From: Vicugna vicugna
Lineage: Eukaryota
Direction: 5' to 3'
Assembly: GCA_013265495.1 (NCBI GenBank)
Contig: MU058423.1
Coordinates: 1,067,061-1,131,060 of the forward strand
DNA: 64,000 nt
In this document: positions 36,866 through 49,549 of the stretch, piece after piece
Position numbering within the stretch: the first letter of the stretch is position 1
Layout: every line of letters begins with the position of its first letter
Notes under the pieces: model-generated
The model's input: the letters and a program-made list of their open reading frames with translations, nothing else
Told to the model about the DNA's origin: nothing
Database searches by the model: none
Position numbers and translations under genes: made by a program

Positions 36866-38403
36866 CAGTTGTATATACAGTTACTTATTCAACATTATTA
36901 TGTAAACATTTTCTGTTATAATATTCTTAAGTATAATTATTAATAGTTGTATAATATCTCACGGTGAATGTAGCATACTTTTTTGTTAACCTATTCTCCT
37001 GTGGTTATAGATTTAGGATGTTTTTGGGTTTTTGCAATTGTAAATAATGCTGCAATGGACATCTTTACACATTAATCTTTTTCTGTGTGAAATGAGATTC
37101 ACTTCTTTCAGGCTGACTAGGTATTTTTTAATATACTAAAATGGTAAGTAGTGCATTAGTGGCCTAAAAGTAATAAATGTGTTTAAATTGACTGCATTTA
37201 AGGAGGGATTTTTTTTTTTTTGTAAGCATGTACATCAGTGGTGGACTCCTTGTCCCAGAGAGTAACTGGGCATGTGTTCAGCAATCTGGGATGAAAACTG
37301 CCCTTTTGCCCTTTCCCCGAGCAGGGATGACATTGGGGGTGGGTGAGAGAGGGAAAGTTTAGAGGACCAGTGGTAATCTGTGCCTCAAAACCTTTGCTCT
37401 GTGACCAGGAAAATATAGAACTCTTTGAAAAATATTTTGTGAAAATCATTCTTTCCCGCCTTTCCAATTAAAGGATACATTTCATGGAGACAGAGTAGAT
37501 TCCAGACCTCCACACACCCTTCATTTCCTTGCAGCAATTATAGGACTGTGTGACTGTAGGAGCCAGGAACTCAGCACCATCAAGATCAGGGCAGGGAGAC
37601 CAGGCTCTGGCCGGGGTGGGAGTAATCCCCTAGCTTGGCACCTAGTAGCTTCAAAGGATAATTTGATCCAAGAGCCCTTAGGTCACACTTTCTAACACAG
37701 CTGCTAGAACACACACCCTATAAACAGGAAATGCCTTAGGAAGTACAACTGAGTACTTCTTATTTTTATTTTTTTAAGAAACTATTAAAAAGCCTGAGCA
37801 GAGGATGACATTTATCTGGCATTACAGTTAACAAGCTAGAGGTGCTCCCTGACAGCCCTGGTTTTATGTTCTGGGCAATTGTGTGCCCACTGCTATTTAA
37901 CAGGTGCTTAAATTCCCAAATTAATCTGTAACTCATTTTGCCGCGTAAAATGCGTGTCTAGTCAAGGGATATGTCAGTTGCATAGTTCGTTTTTTCTGCC
38001 GCAGAAAAGGAAAAGATTTACTAAACCCTAAACCAATTTTTAGGTACCCCTGTGCATGGAGTACGGAAAATGTAACACTGGGAAAAAGGAAAGCCGTGTA
38101 CAACAGAGAACGAGGAGGCTCTAGTTGGTTGACTAGCATCAGGAGGAACTAGAATTAAGAACTGCTGACTTCTAGAAAAGGCTTAGCTGTGCGGTGGCCA
38201 CACTACTTACCTACCCCTTGTGCCAGGTTCCACCCCTGCCCTGGCTCCATACCATTTGTTCAGCCTCACCTGTTTCACACCACAGAGCCTTTACACGTGC
38301 TCCACAACACCTGGAAAGCCCCTATTCCTCTCTTCTCCCATATTTGGTGAATTCCTCCCCGTCCTTCAGGGCTAAGATGTCATTTGATTTGGTTATAGCA
38401 TGA

Positions 38404-38640
38404 AGACAGCATAGCAGAGTGGAGAGAACTTGGACTTTAGAGTGAGATATAACAGGGTTTAAATCTTGGCTCCATTTTTTACTAGACAGCTGACCTTGGA
38501 CAAATTGACTTGACCTCCGTGAGTCTGTTTCCTCTCTAGTTAACGGAGTTGATACCTTGCTCACTGGAGTGTTATAAATATTAAGCAATACAACAATATA
38601 AAGTGCTTGGCATACGGTAGACAATAAATGTCAATTTCCT
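38404..38640 (+). mobile_element. MIR SINE
   Basis: agacagcatagcagagtgg...gggtttaaatcttggctcc...tgaccttggacaa...aaagtgcttggcatacggtag. Confidence 0.8.
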
Positions 38641-38901
38641 TCTGCTGTCCCTGTCTTCCAAGCCTTCCTTAGTTCTCTAGGCAGCATTGCTTTATTTAAA
38701 ACTTAAGAGTATGAGCCTATGTTATCTCTGAGACTGTAGAATCCACACAGTATTCAAGTTCCTCATGCCATGTTTAAGTTTTAGGGCTTCCAGATGGAAT
38801 TTTTAATTTGTTTATTTATTCAAGAAATATTTATTTAATGACATCAGATGGCAGCGAGTCCCAACACTTGGGTTCTTACTATGTTTTTTCTTCCTTTGGA
38901 A

Positions 38902-39100
38902 TAGGGTTTCTCAACTTTGACACTATTGATGTTTGACCCGGATAATCCTTTGCTGCCGGGCAGAGGACGGCGCTGTCCCGTACTCTGCGGGATGCTGAGC
39001 TGTGTGCCTGACCTCTATCAGCTGGAACCTGGTGCCAGTGCCCCCAGTCCAGTTGTGACAATCCCAAGAATCTCCAGACATTGATTATTCTTGGTTGAGA
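38902..39100. mobile_element. MER20 (hAT-Charlie)
   Basis: agggtttctcaactttgacactattgatgtttgacccggataatcctttg...agttgtgacaatcccaagaatctccagacattg...ggttgagaa. Confidence 0.75.
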
Positions 39101-40734
39101 AAAACTACTCTAGGACTTTGCTCTCTTGGTTATTTCTCCTCTCTAGGATCTATATTCAGCCTCTCTTGTCACCTTTCTCTCATGAAAATATGCTATGTTC
39201 TCCAGTCTTTCAAAATAAACCAAATCAATCAAACAAAAAGCCCTCTCCCTTGACAGTTAAGCTCTCCAAAAGCGTTGCCTATATCCCTTGTCCCTTTCCA
39301 CCCATTCTTCTACCTGCTGCAGTCAGGCTCCCCCACCCCCTTCATGAGATGCTCTGGCAAAGTTCCTGCTGATAAATGGCTAAACCCCGCGTTCTCTCTC
39401 CACTGTTCACCTTGCTTGGCCTCTGTGCCGTTGGACACTCCTTAAATTCTAGGCTGTCTTTCTTTCCTGCTCTTCTTTGAACCTCTTTCACAAACCCTAG
39501 TGGTTTCTCCTAGTGGGATCTCTTTTGCTCTGCCTCTTAAATTCTGTCATTCCCCAGGCCTCTGTCCCTGGTCTTCTCTCTTCTCTCTCCCTACACACAT
39601 TCACCTTCTCAAGGCTTTAATTCTTATTTAAGCATCAACTCCAAAATGTTTAGTTCCAGCCCAGATTTCTCTCCCGTGGGTCTCATAGACATCTCAAGGA
39701 CAACTTGTTCTCCACATCTCCTCCTCCCAAAGTTACTTCTCCTCCCATCTTTCAATGCCCCATCTCATCAGCCCAATGGAGTACATTGTGCTTTGGGCCC
39801 TGGAGATGCAGATATTAGGTGGGGACTTCAGTAAAGATGTTCAGCTTAGGTAACCTAGTCATGCAAGGCTGAGCCAGTTCCTTGTTGGTCCTCCTCACAG
39901 CGCTCTGGCTGTAGCCAGCATGGTGCTGCGAACCTTAGTATTACATTAAATGAGATCACTTCCGGAAAGCACCTGGCACACAGTAGGTACTCAGTACGTG
40001 TTAGCTCTCTTTCCCTGTTATTTTCTTCTGGAAGACACACTCCAGGACATTAAGATTTGCGAATGGGTAGTGAGATTATAAGTGATTTTTTTCTTCTGTT
40101 CTCTATTTTTTTTTCCCATTGAAAAGAAATTGTTTTTGCAGCTAAAGAAAAAAGTTTTGCTAAAACGCTCTCACACAGACAACTGATCATGCCACACCCC
40201 TTTATTGGCTGGTTGTCGCCCCTTGGTCAAGTTTAAACCTCTGAAACCATAGCTTACAAGATGATCTGTGATTTGGCCTTGATCTCGTTATGTAACCGTA
40301 TCTCATGCTCTAACACCTCCCCCACACATTACACTCTCTGGCAACTCCAGACCTCTTCCAGATCTCTGAACAAGTCAGGCTGTTGCCTGTTTCTGCATAG
40401 AGTTCCCTCTCTGCTTGGTGACTGACCCATGCCCTCCGTCCGTTCCTTTCCACTCCGTGTCCACACACAAGTCCATACTTAAAAGGACATTCTGGGACAC
40501 CTGACCTATTCTCTTTTCTTAAAACTCAGCTCAAACACATCCTTGCTGAACACTTTTTTTTTCTCTTTCTGTTTTCTTTCTTCTTCTTTTTTTTAACATG
40601 CATCCTTCTCAGCTTTATTTTATCTGTGTACTGGAGTCATTTTGCCTGCTAGACTAAATTGCTTCCATTTCTTAATTTTCAATAGTGATTCAGTACCTTC
40701 CTCCACATAATAGTCATTCAAATTCATGTTTGTT

Positions 40735-40892
40735 CTTTTCCTTTCTTTCTTTCTTTTTTTTTTTAGTGAAGCATGTATTCTTTTTGGGGGAGGGGGTAAT
40801 TAGGTTTATTTATTTTTAATGGAGGTACTGGGGATCAAACCCAGGACCTCAAGCATGCTAAGCATGCAGTCTACCACTGTGCTATTCCCTCC
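40735..40892 (-). mobile_element. Camelid vic-1-type SINE
   Basis: ggggggagggggtaattaggtttatttatttttaatggaggtactggggatcaaacccaggacctcaagcatgctaagcatgcagtctaccactg, with a T-rich tail to the left. Confidence 0.85.
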
Positions 40893-41264
40893 TGTTTGTT
40901 GAATTCCACTCAATCAACCTCTAGTTCTGTTGTGTCTGCTTAGGCACCCCAATGCTTTCCTTTATTTTTGTTAGAAGAGAGGTGATTGGACTTAAGCCTT
41001 CCTTTCCACAGGACTGCACCAGATACTGGTGCATAGCTTGTCCCTGAAAGTCCTGGTCAGTTTGATGTCTTCCTTGATCAGCGCAGGTTGATAATTAAAA
41101 GTATAATGTTGTGGTGGGGGTGGTTTGTGCAGTGAGTTTTGTCCTTAGTCTGTCCCAGATCACTTGGTCTGTCTGCAGCTTTTGCAGGATCCCAGGCAAA
41201 AACATGTACAGCCAAGACTTTGGGGCCAATCAGGCCCTTGGAAAGGACAGAAAGCCAGGAGTCT

Positions 41265-41405
41265 ACACCAGCTTATTCATAGCGAGATGGAAGAGATGCA
41301 CATGGCAAAGTATGGGGAAAAGACGAGATGCTTCCATACCCTCTCCAAGGGCGCTGCTCTCCCCAAATCTCCACGTGTCCACCAAGCTGGAAGCTTCTGA
41401 ACACT
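41265..41405 (-). mobile_element. MER21-like LTR fragment
   Basis: agatggaagagatgcacatggcaaagtatgggg...gcttccataccctctcca...ctccacgtgt. Confidence 0.55.
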
Positions 41406-42954
41406 TTTCTTATCTCTTAAATCTCCAGGCTGAAGGTAAACATGCTTTGCCACTCTGCCCATTTAGACATTTGTCAGGGCGCGTAGGACACCCGATTGTA
41501 TTTGTTTGTTGCCTCCTCTGTCTCCCTCTAAGAGACTATTCCTCCTTAAGGGCAAGGACTGTGTCTTTTGTTTGGCAAAGAGAAGATGTTCATTTAGATT
41601 TTATCTAACTGAGAAGCCCTGTAGTAGGCTTTCGGATGGGAGGGGGAAGAGGAAGTAAGCCACAGCCCCTGCTGCCTTTATAAGGCTTGTAATTGGATCA
41701 TGGAAATGAATGTGATTAAGTGGGGTAAAGAAAGAAGAAATCAGAAGAAAAGCGGAACACTTTATACACTTTATTTCTCACTTAATCCATGATTTACTTG
41801 GAAATGAGTGCTATTATTTCGTAAAGATGAAAAATGAAGACTTTAATGAAGTTCAATGACTTGACTAAGCAGCCAGTGAGTTTCCAAAATCCAAGCTCCT
41901 CATCTAAACACAAAAATATTGATTCTACAGTTTGAATGAGGTCCTCAAACCCCTATTCAGGGGAAAATTACCATCAGGGGTCATTGTGATCCCTTACCTT
42001 ACAAGACACCTGGATCCCTGCAAAAGAATACGAGATATCAGCTGATGAATCCAGCTTTTCAGGGGCTGAGATCTCTGTGCTCCTTCTCAATCCATCCTCC
42101 TGCCTCCAACTCTAGAAAATGTTAAAAACAGAAGCTTCCCTGAGTTGCTGGAGCCACATTTGCTTGCCCTAGGGAAGCTCCTGGGGCTCAGGGGACAAGG
42201 CAGATCTGACCTGTGTGTGGTCGGGCTCCCCAGAGAGACTACTTCCTGGGGCACAGTTAGAGCGATGAGCCCTGCTGTGGCTTTGGAGGCTCTATTAAAG
42301 ATGCTTGTCACAGGTTGCCTAGTAACCCAAGGCCGAGTCTGTGCTTCTTCCTCCCCAGGCCCTCTTCCTAAAGCTCCGCCTGCAGGCCCACCTGGAGACC
42401 TACCTCCTGATAACTTTGTTAATAACTTTAGAGTCTGACTGAGATCAGGGAGCCTCCAAGCTGGCACCAACACCCGTTATACTCTCCAAAGATAAGGAAA
42501 CCAAACATTAGCTAGCTGGTGGCAAACAGTGCTATAAACTCACCCACGCCTTCCTCCCCTCACCCCTTCAAAGCAGCAGCAAAATGCCACTCCTGGCCTT
42601 ATTTGGATAGGGAAATAAAGAGCTAAATGCGACCTCAAGTGGACTATTTAAGGTTGCTTCAGTCCAGAGAGGTTCTCCTACAGAGAACATTTTCATTTCC
42701 CCTGGAATCAAGTGCCTACCTTCCTTCCTTCCTCCCAGGATTCTCCAAATAACTTCACATGCCTGAGCACCTCACTCTATGGCCCCGAATTATACATTCA
42801 CTTAAATGGTACTGTAAACTCTGATCGTTATGCATCCATTTAAGATGCAGTTTAGAGAGTATTTTCTAGCCTCTTGATGTATTTTGTTTTGTGTCTTACG
42901 TATCCACATAGTTTTTAATCACCTTGGGACCAAACAACCTATTTCTTGAGTGTT

Positions 42955-43110
42955 GCCTGCTGTGGTCCTCTGAGCAGCAACCTGAGAATCATTTCGGAGC
43001 GTGTTAGAGATGCAGGCTCACAGGCAGGCCCCACCTTAGACCCACCGAATCAGAATCTGCATTTTAACAAGATCCTTGGGTGATCCACATGCACCTTTAA
43101 GTTCGGACAA
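42955..43110. mobile_element. MER5A-like hAT MITE
   Basis: gttagagatgcaggctcacaggc...cccaccgaatcagaatctgcattttaacaagatcc...gtgatccacatgcac. Confidence 0.7.
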
Positions 43111-43269
43111 CAATTCAGATCCTTTTGGTATGGTTTTGTACATATTATCTATTTCTTTGGTGCCCTGTGCAGATATTTTTATTAATAGTACATAGTAATC
43201 AGAACAAGAAATTTTACTGAGCATTTGCGTGCTGGGTGATTTATGCGTGTTATTTCTTTTAATTGTTAC

Positions 43270-43671
43270 TGTATTAGTTTGCTAGGACCACCCTAACAAA
43301 GTACACAGACTAGGTGGCTTAAACTACAGAAGTGAATCTTCCCACAGTTCTGGAGGCTAGAAGTCCAAGATCAAGGTGTCAGCCAGTTTGGTTTCTACTG
43401 AGACCTCTCCCCTTGGCTTGCGGACAGCTGTCTTCTTGCTGTGCCCTCGCGTGGTCTCTCCTCTGTGTGTGCCTGTCTGGTGTCTCTCTCCGTGTGTCCA
43501 AGTTTCCTCTTCTTATAAATCAGATTGAATTAAGGCCCATCCTAATGGCTTCATTTTAACTTAATTACCTCTTTAAAGACCTTATCTCCAGACAGAGTTA
43601 CATTCTGTGGTACTGGGAGTTAGGACTTTTTAACCTTTAAATTTTGGACGGATACAATTGAGCCCATAACA
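43270..43671 (-). mobile_element. MaLR solo LTR (MLT1C/D-like) inserted in a MIR
   Basis: tgtattagtttgctagg...cacagttctggaggctagaagtccaagatcaaggtgtcagc...ttaattacctctttaaagaccttatctcca...gcccataaca. Confidence 0.85.
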
Positions 43672-45274
43672 GCTATAAAGTGGCTAATTATTATCATCCC
43701 CATTTTACAGATAAAGCAACAGAGGCTTAACAAAGTTTGTTCACTTGATTAATGCCACACATCTAGTAATGACAGAGCCAGAACTGGAACTTTTTGTTTA
43801 CTCATTTATTTAGAAAATATTTATTGCACACTTACTATGTCCTATGCATTGTAGTTAGTGATAAGGATACAGAAATCATGGTTCTTGCTCTCATAAACCT
43901 TATATTTTTGTGGATTATTTTTCATCCTGGAGTCTCTGTGTTTAACCTCTTTACTGCTATAGAGATTCATCTTTATGTAAGTCCACATGTTACTTGTTGC
44001 CAAATTCAAGAAAACAGTATAACAACCTTGCTTACAAAACCAGGCTCTGAGTCTAGCTTTATAAACATCTATCTGGGACTATATTTCTTTCAGGTCAGTC
44101 CATTTCCTAGAGTGAACAACTCATTCTAGTTCGTCTGGAACTTGGACTTTCCTGGGTTTAGCACTGAAAGTCTTGTGTCCCAGAACTTCAGTCCTAGGCA
44201 AACCATCATAGTTGGTCCCCCTGATATTTCCTGCCTTGGGCCTTGCTAGGACAGAGGATGAGGAAGGAGTAGTCATCACATAAATAGAGTCCAATTTCAG
44301 AAGCATACTGGACCGATGGGGCAATGAAACTTCAGGTTCGCCCAGGCCTCTCTCTACTGCAGAAATAACAGATCAACCTACTGGCCCCACAGATGGAAAC
44401 TGAACCAGGGGTTAAATGGAACCTCTCCAGCATCAGTTTTTCTCAATATAAACATGAACACTGTGAATGCGCAGCATAATCTCTTGAGGTCCCTCAGCTG
44501 AGAATTCAGGAATTTCTGAGTTCCAAACATCAAATTATCCTTCCTTAGATAATCTCAGCTTCAGTTAACAACAGGTGAGAAACTCTAGCTGCGGGCAGCT
44601 GGGGTGGCCCAGGCGGTCCTCTCTGAGTCCACCATCTCAGGGAGAATGGGCTGCTGCGCTTGCTAAAGCTAGAGCCCTTGGGAGGTGGAAAAAGGTGCTG
44701 CTGAAAGGCAGCCAGAACCTCCTGCATAATTGATGCCCGCAGCCGAGCCCTGCTGACCTGCTGTGGTACTTCCCTGGTGCTGGTGCATTCCCACTGCCCA
44801 CTGGCTCTTAGCTGCAGCTTTTGGTGAGCTCTTGCATATTGGAAATGACAGACTTAGCTGCAGATGTGCCAAGGGCCCTGTACTTACCTTCAGCTTTTTG
44901 TTTTTCTGTTAGCCCTTGAGGCTTCAATGCAGGGGTCAGAGAATAAGGAATAGACAGGGAGCCTCATAATTACTTAAATCTACGGAAACTCCAGAATAAG
45001 AAATTTAGGTTTCTAACAACAACACCAAAAATGGCCAAAGTGTATTCTGTTTGATCTGTTCTCTCACCAAATTCAAGTTTGTGTGTGGAATTGGCAGCAT
45101 GCATTCTCCTGGCAGGGTGGCCTGTCACAGCAACAAGGGTCCTCCATAAGACTTTCTGATTTCAGGAAAAGGGGATACCTTAACCATATTTAGTTCCTAA
45201 ATATGCTTCTTATATTCCAAGTTAGTCAAGGAATTTCCTGATACAGGTTTAACTGAGAACCTACTATGTGCAAT

Positions 45275-45990
45275 TGTGGTATAATAAAAAATAGATGGTT
45301 AGTTTTTAGCTTGAATTCCTGGCACAGAATTCCCAAGCCCCATGGAATCTCCTGAGTGATAGGAGCATCTCCTGTTACTTATAAACAGCCCCTTTTGACT
45401 ATACCTGAATTTTTGCTAATGAAGTGACTCAGCGTGGGACCCCTAGGTAGCTTCAAGATGGAGGTTGGTCACCAGAAAGACCAAACCTTCAGCCCTACTC
45501 TCTGACCTCCAGGGAGGGGAGGGGCTTGGAGTTGACTTACAAAAACAAGGGGACCCAGGGAGCTTCCAGGCTGGTGAACACACTGATGTCCTGGGAGGGC
45601 AATGAACACAGAGAGGACACAAGAAACTCCACGCACACTCCCAACCCCCAGCTCATACTTAGCTCATACATATGTATTTCTTCCATGTGGCTGTTCTTAA
45701 GTCATATCCCTTATAATGAACTGGTAAATAGTGTTTTCCTGAATTCTATGAGTCATTCTAGCCAATTATGGAACCTGAGGAGGATGGTGGTTGTGGGAAC
45801 TCTCAGATTTGCAGTTAGCCAGGCAGAGGTGTGGGTAGCCAGAGCACCTCGTTTTGCCTGCTGTCTGAGGTGGAGGCAGACCTGTGGGACACTAACTCTG
45901 GAAGTTCGTGTCAGAACTGAGTGATGTTGCTGGTGTTGGAGAACTGGAACATGGTGTGAAAAACTCCCACAGCATTGGTGTCCAAAGCAG
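45275..45990 (+). mobile_element. MER21-family LTR
   Basis: tgtggtataat...attcctggcacagaa...ggaatctcctgagtgataggagcatc...ggtcaccagaaagacc...gtgttttcctgaattctatgagtcattctagc. Confidence 0.75.
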
Positions 45991-46379
45991 CATCAGAAAA
46001 CATACTTAGCAATGAACATACCAAGCACCAAGGAGGAGACACAACTGTAATAGATGGTCATTCAGAGTTTGCAATCAATCAGGGGTTGAGATGCACATGA
46101 AAAAATGCACAATTCCAAATCATTTTGGTAAGTGCCCAACAAGTTAATGGCTGTATCCCATTAGGCTTTGATTTGACCTTGAAGTACCTTTCAACTCCAA
46201 TATAATTTCAATTTATATATATTCTAAGGTGCACAGACTGTAGATTTTATAAGAGAACAAGAAGCAAGCAATGGCTCCTACCTCCACGTGGCCTCAGAGA
46301 CTCTTGGTTTCAGACTCTGCTTCTGGAAAGGTCTGCCACCTTGACCAGCATGGCAGCTGACACAGCAAGAGAGCTGGGT

Positions 46380-46495
46380 GCTAGCTATTTAAATTCATTA
46401 AAATTACAAGTTCAGGTCCTCAGTCATAGTAGTCACATTTCAAGTGCTTAATAACCCCATGTGGCTAGTGACCACCGCATTGGACAGCACAAGTT
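46380..46495. mobile_element. MER3 fragment
   Basis: cctcagtcatagtagtcacatttcaagtgcttaataaccccatgtggctagtgaccaccgcattggacagc. Confidence 0.7.
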
Positions 46496-47039
46496 TAGAC
46501 ATCACTTTCTCGGACATGTCCAGTTTGCATTGGGTGCCCTCCCATATGTTACAACAGCAGTCTTTGCTTAAGCCGACCAAAGTGCTTCTCATACCATGAT
46601 ATAGATGTCTGCTTACTTGTCTCTGTTTTTCATTAGACTCTAACCTTCTTGACATTGGAAATTCGTCTTACAAATCTTTGTCTTTTCAGCACCCAACAAT
46701 CCTGGCTAAGATAGCTGCTCAGCGTGTTTGAATGAGGTTGAATGCCTGAATAGCAGCATCTTCTCTGGGCCTTCAAGACACTACAGAATCTGCTGCCTGA
46801 TTCGCTCTTGTGCTGCATCTCCATCCACACTCCCCTTGTTCACTCTGCGGCAGCCACACTGGCTCCTTGCCATTTCTTGGATGCTTTATGGATGTGCGAA
46901 TCTCAGGCCCTCAGCTCTCTGTTCTCTGTGCCTGGAAAGCCATTCCCTGGAGAGCTGTTGACTTTGCTTGCTCCATCACTGCATGTAGGTACCTCTTTAA
47001 AGCTGCCTCCTTCTGCCAGTAATTTTCTAACCCCTTAAC

Positions 47040-47181
47040 TTTATTTTTTACTTTTTTTTGGGGGGGGAGGTAATTAGGTTTTATTTATTTATCTATTTAT
47101 TTTTAATGAAGGTACTGAGGATTGAACCCAGGACCTCGTGCATGCTAAGCATGTATTCTACCAGAGCCATGCCCTCCCCCC
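47040..47181 (-). mobile_element. Camelid vic-1-type SINE
   Basis: gggggggaggtaattaggttttatttat...ggtactgaggattgaacccaggacctcgtgcatgctaagcatg. Confidence 0.85.
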
Positions 47182-47782
47182 ACTTTATTTTTTATCATGG
47201 TGCCCATCACCACTTGACTCTCCCTACTAGAGTTTGTTAATTATTATTTACTTATAATTGATTATATTTACTTATATTATTTTCTTATGACTGTTAATTA
47301 CTACTAGAATACAAGTTTTATGAGAGTAGGCACTTTTCTGTGATGTTCAGTGCCGTCTTTCCAGAAACTAGAACAAACCCTGGCACCTAATGGATGCTCA
47401 TTAAATATTTATGGATGGCAAGGTTAAACTATCTTTCACAGAGGAGCTTAGGGAAAGGAAAAAGACAATAAGGCACTCAGAAGCAGAGTTCCAGAAATTT
47501 CTGTATTTCCTCTACTTCAAATTTTAAAATGTCCAAATGGCTTGGAAAGTTCTTCAATGGCTTTTCTCTGGCTTAAGGTGCAAAAATTTTGTTGCAGGAG
47601 AAAAAGGATATTCAGGAGTTTGACGAGGTAAGGGCTTCATGAGTAATTCCAGTTCTTTGCCCTCAGCACCCACCCAGAACCAGAGTATTCCTGGTCCTCT
47701 AAAGGCAGAAGGGTTGGATGGGTGGAATGTGGCTGTTGGAAGCTTCCATGGCAGTTGGTCAGGGAGATCATCAGTTGGACTG

Positions 47783-47888
47783 ATGGCGAGGACTCCAGCA
47801 GGTTACTTGGAACAGAAAAGGACCAGGTAGGAAAGGTCCTGGGAAGAGCAGTTAGACTGATGCTGGCCTGCCCGAGTCCTGAGTGGCA
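47783..47888 (+). pseudogene. TMIGD3: Disabled orthologue of the distal alternative first coding exon of TMIGD3 (human isoform 3, formerly ADORA3 i3)
   Basis: ATG at 47783 gives MARTPAGYLEQKRTR*ERSWEEQLD, then a 1-nt shift to MLACPSPEWQ, ending at the donor CA|GTGAGG. This is colinear with the recalled human N-terminus MEGSPAGPIEQKEARWESSWEEQPDWTLGCLSPESQ. Orientation and position relative to RAP1A fit human synteny. Confidence 0.7.
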
Positions 47889-49549
47889 GTGAGGCAGAGC
47901 AGAAAATGTGAGAGCTAGAGGCAAAGCTCTTGGTCTCAGTCTGCACACTGACCACTTTCGGACATGACTTGGTGACGTAGGGGCAAGCTGCTCTCAATCA
48001 ATGCTTTGTCCTCACTTGTAACACAGAGATAATTTGTATTTCACAGGATTGTTGTGAAGGTGACATGACATGATAGATATGAAAGTGCTCTGTCAGCTGT
48101 GAAGTATTTGAGAAAGATGAGTTTTTAGCACTGAAGTCATTTTCCCATGAGTTTTCTTGTCTGTTCACTCTACACAATCATTGAATTTACCAGTTGTATA
48201 CAACTCAGGGCTCTTGTAAACTTTTATTTTGTTATAAAACTCAGCCCTTTCCTCCTGAATGTCCCTCAGGGTTCAGAAAAAAAAAATCAGTTGGTCTTGG
48301 AGAAACACTATAATTTTGTGACTTAAGGAGAAAAATTTGGGCATTTCACCAAATACTGTTTTCCATTGATCTCATATGTGAATTTCTTATATCCCCAGAT
48401 AGACTGTAAACTGCTTGGTGGAAAGCACAGACTTCAGAATCATTTACTCCTGGGTTTAAATCTTGACTTTGCTACATACTTGCTATGTAGAACTTTGGGT
48501 AAGGTTACTTGATATCTTAAAGCATCTGTCTTCTCATCTACAATATTGACATAATAATATCATTGTAAAGTGTTGTTAGAATTGAAAGAGATAATACATC
48601 CAGTTCTCAACCCAGTGCCTAGTACATAGTTAGAGCCTAATTAATACCTTCTGAACAATAGTTGCCAGCACAACACTCTGCACATCATACTAGAATTGGG
48701 TTTTCCCCAAATATTTGAGAACTGGAATTGAAGCAAAGAAAACAAACAATAAATCAAGGTCAGTTTTGGTTTCAATCTTCCAGCCTATCAACAGACACTG
48801 AAAAGGATATGGCTTTCTGACCTAGGCAGAGACTTAAGCAGTAATATAAAAGCAATTTACTTTCTTGTGTTGACAACTGATAACTCTTGACCTGAAATAT
48901 GGCAGGGGGTTTGGGCAGAGGAAGAGGATATTGGCAATATTAGTAGCGAGATGTTGATAGGATGGTGGTGGGATATAGACAGCATATTTTCAGGGATATT
49001 TTCCAGTTTCAAATCATCTGCCCCATTTCCAAACCATGTGTCTTGATTTTTGTTCAGAAATTTTAATGGACACAACTGTAGATGTATTATTGTACATCAA
49101 CAAAATGATTAGCATCATATTTATTTGTTTAATTATTTGTTCAATTTATCCCTATAATTGACAGCTTTTAAACTGCTGAGCTCTGTACTAGGTTTTAAGG
49201 TCAAAGACATGGCACAGATCTTGACCTCATGTTCTGTAATTTAAAAAATAATGTATTCATTTTTAGGTAGAATTATTTTTTCATCACAGCCTTTGAAGGA
49301 CATTAGTCTTCTCTATTCCTGTTTCTACTCTGGTGTTGATAAAACAGTTGTCAATCTAAATATCATTCCTCCATAGGTGATATCTTTTCGCTTTGACAGG
49401 TCTTAACATGTTCTCTTTGTTAATCTGTGATTTTACTCCAATGTATCTACACATGTATTTATTTTATTAGGGATTCACTGTGATTTCTTAAGTTGAACAT
49501 ATGTGTTTTTACCAGTTCTGGAAAATTATCAACCATGATCATTTTTCAA

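Noticed and set aside
38840..38858. CTCF-like motif catcagatggcagcg
   Set aside because: Imperfect single match with no supporting context.
41111..41608. 165-aa plus-strand ORF with a hydrophobic N-terminus
   Set aside because: Starts at GTG, spans a MER21-like LTR fragment and L2-like sequence, and has no recognisable homology.
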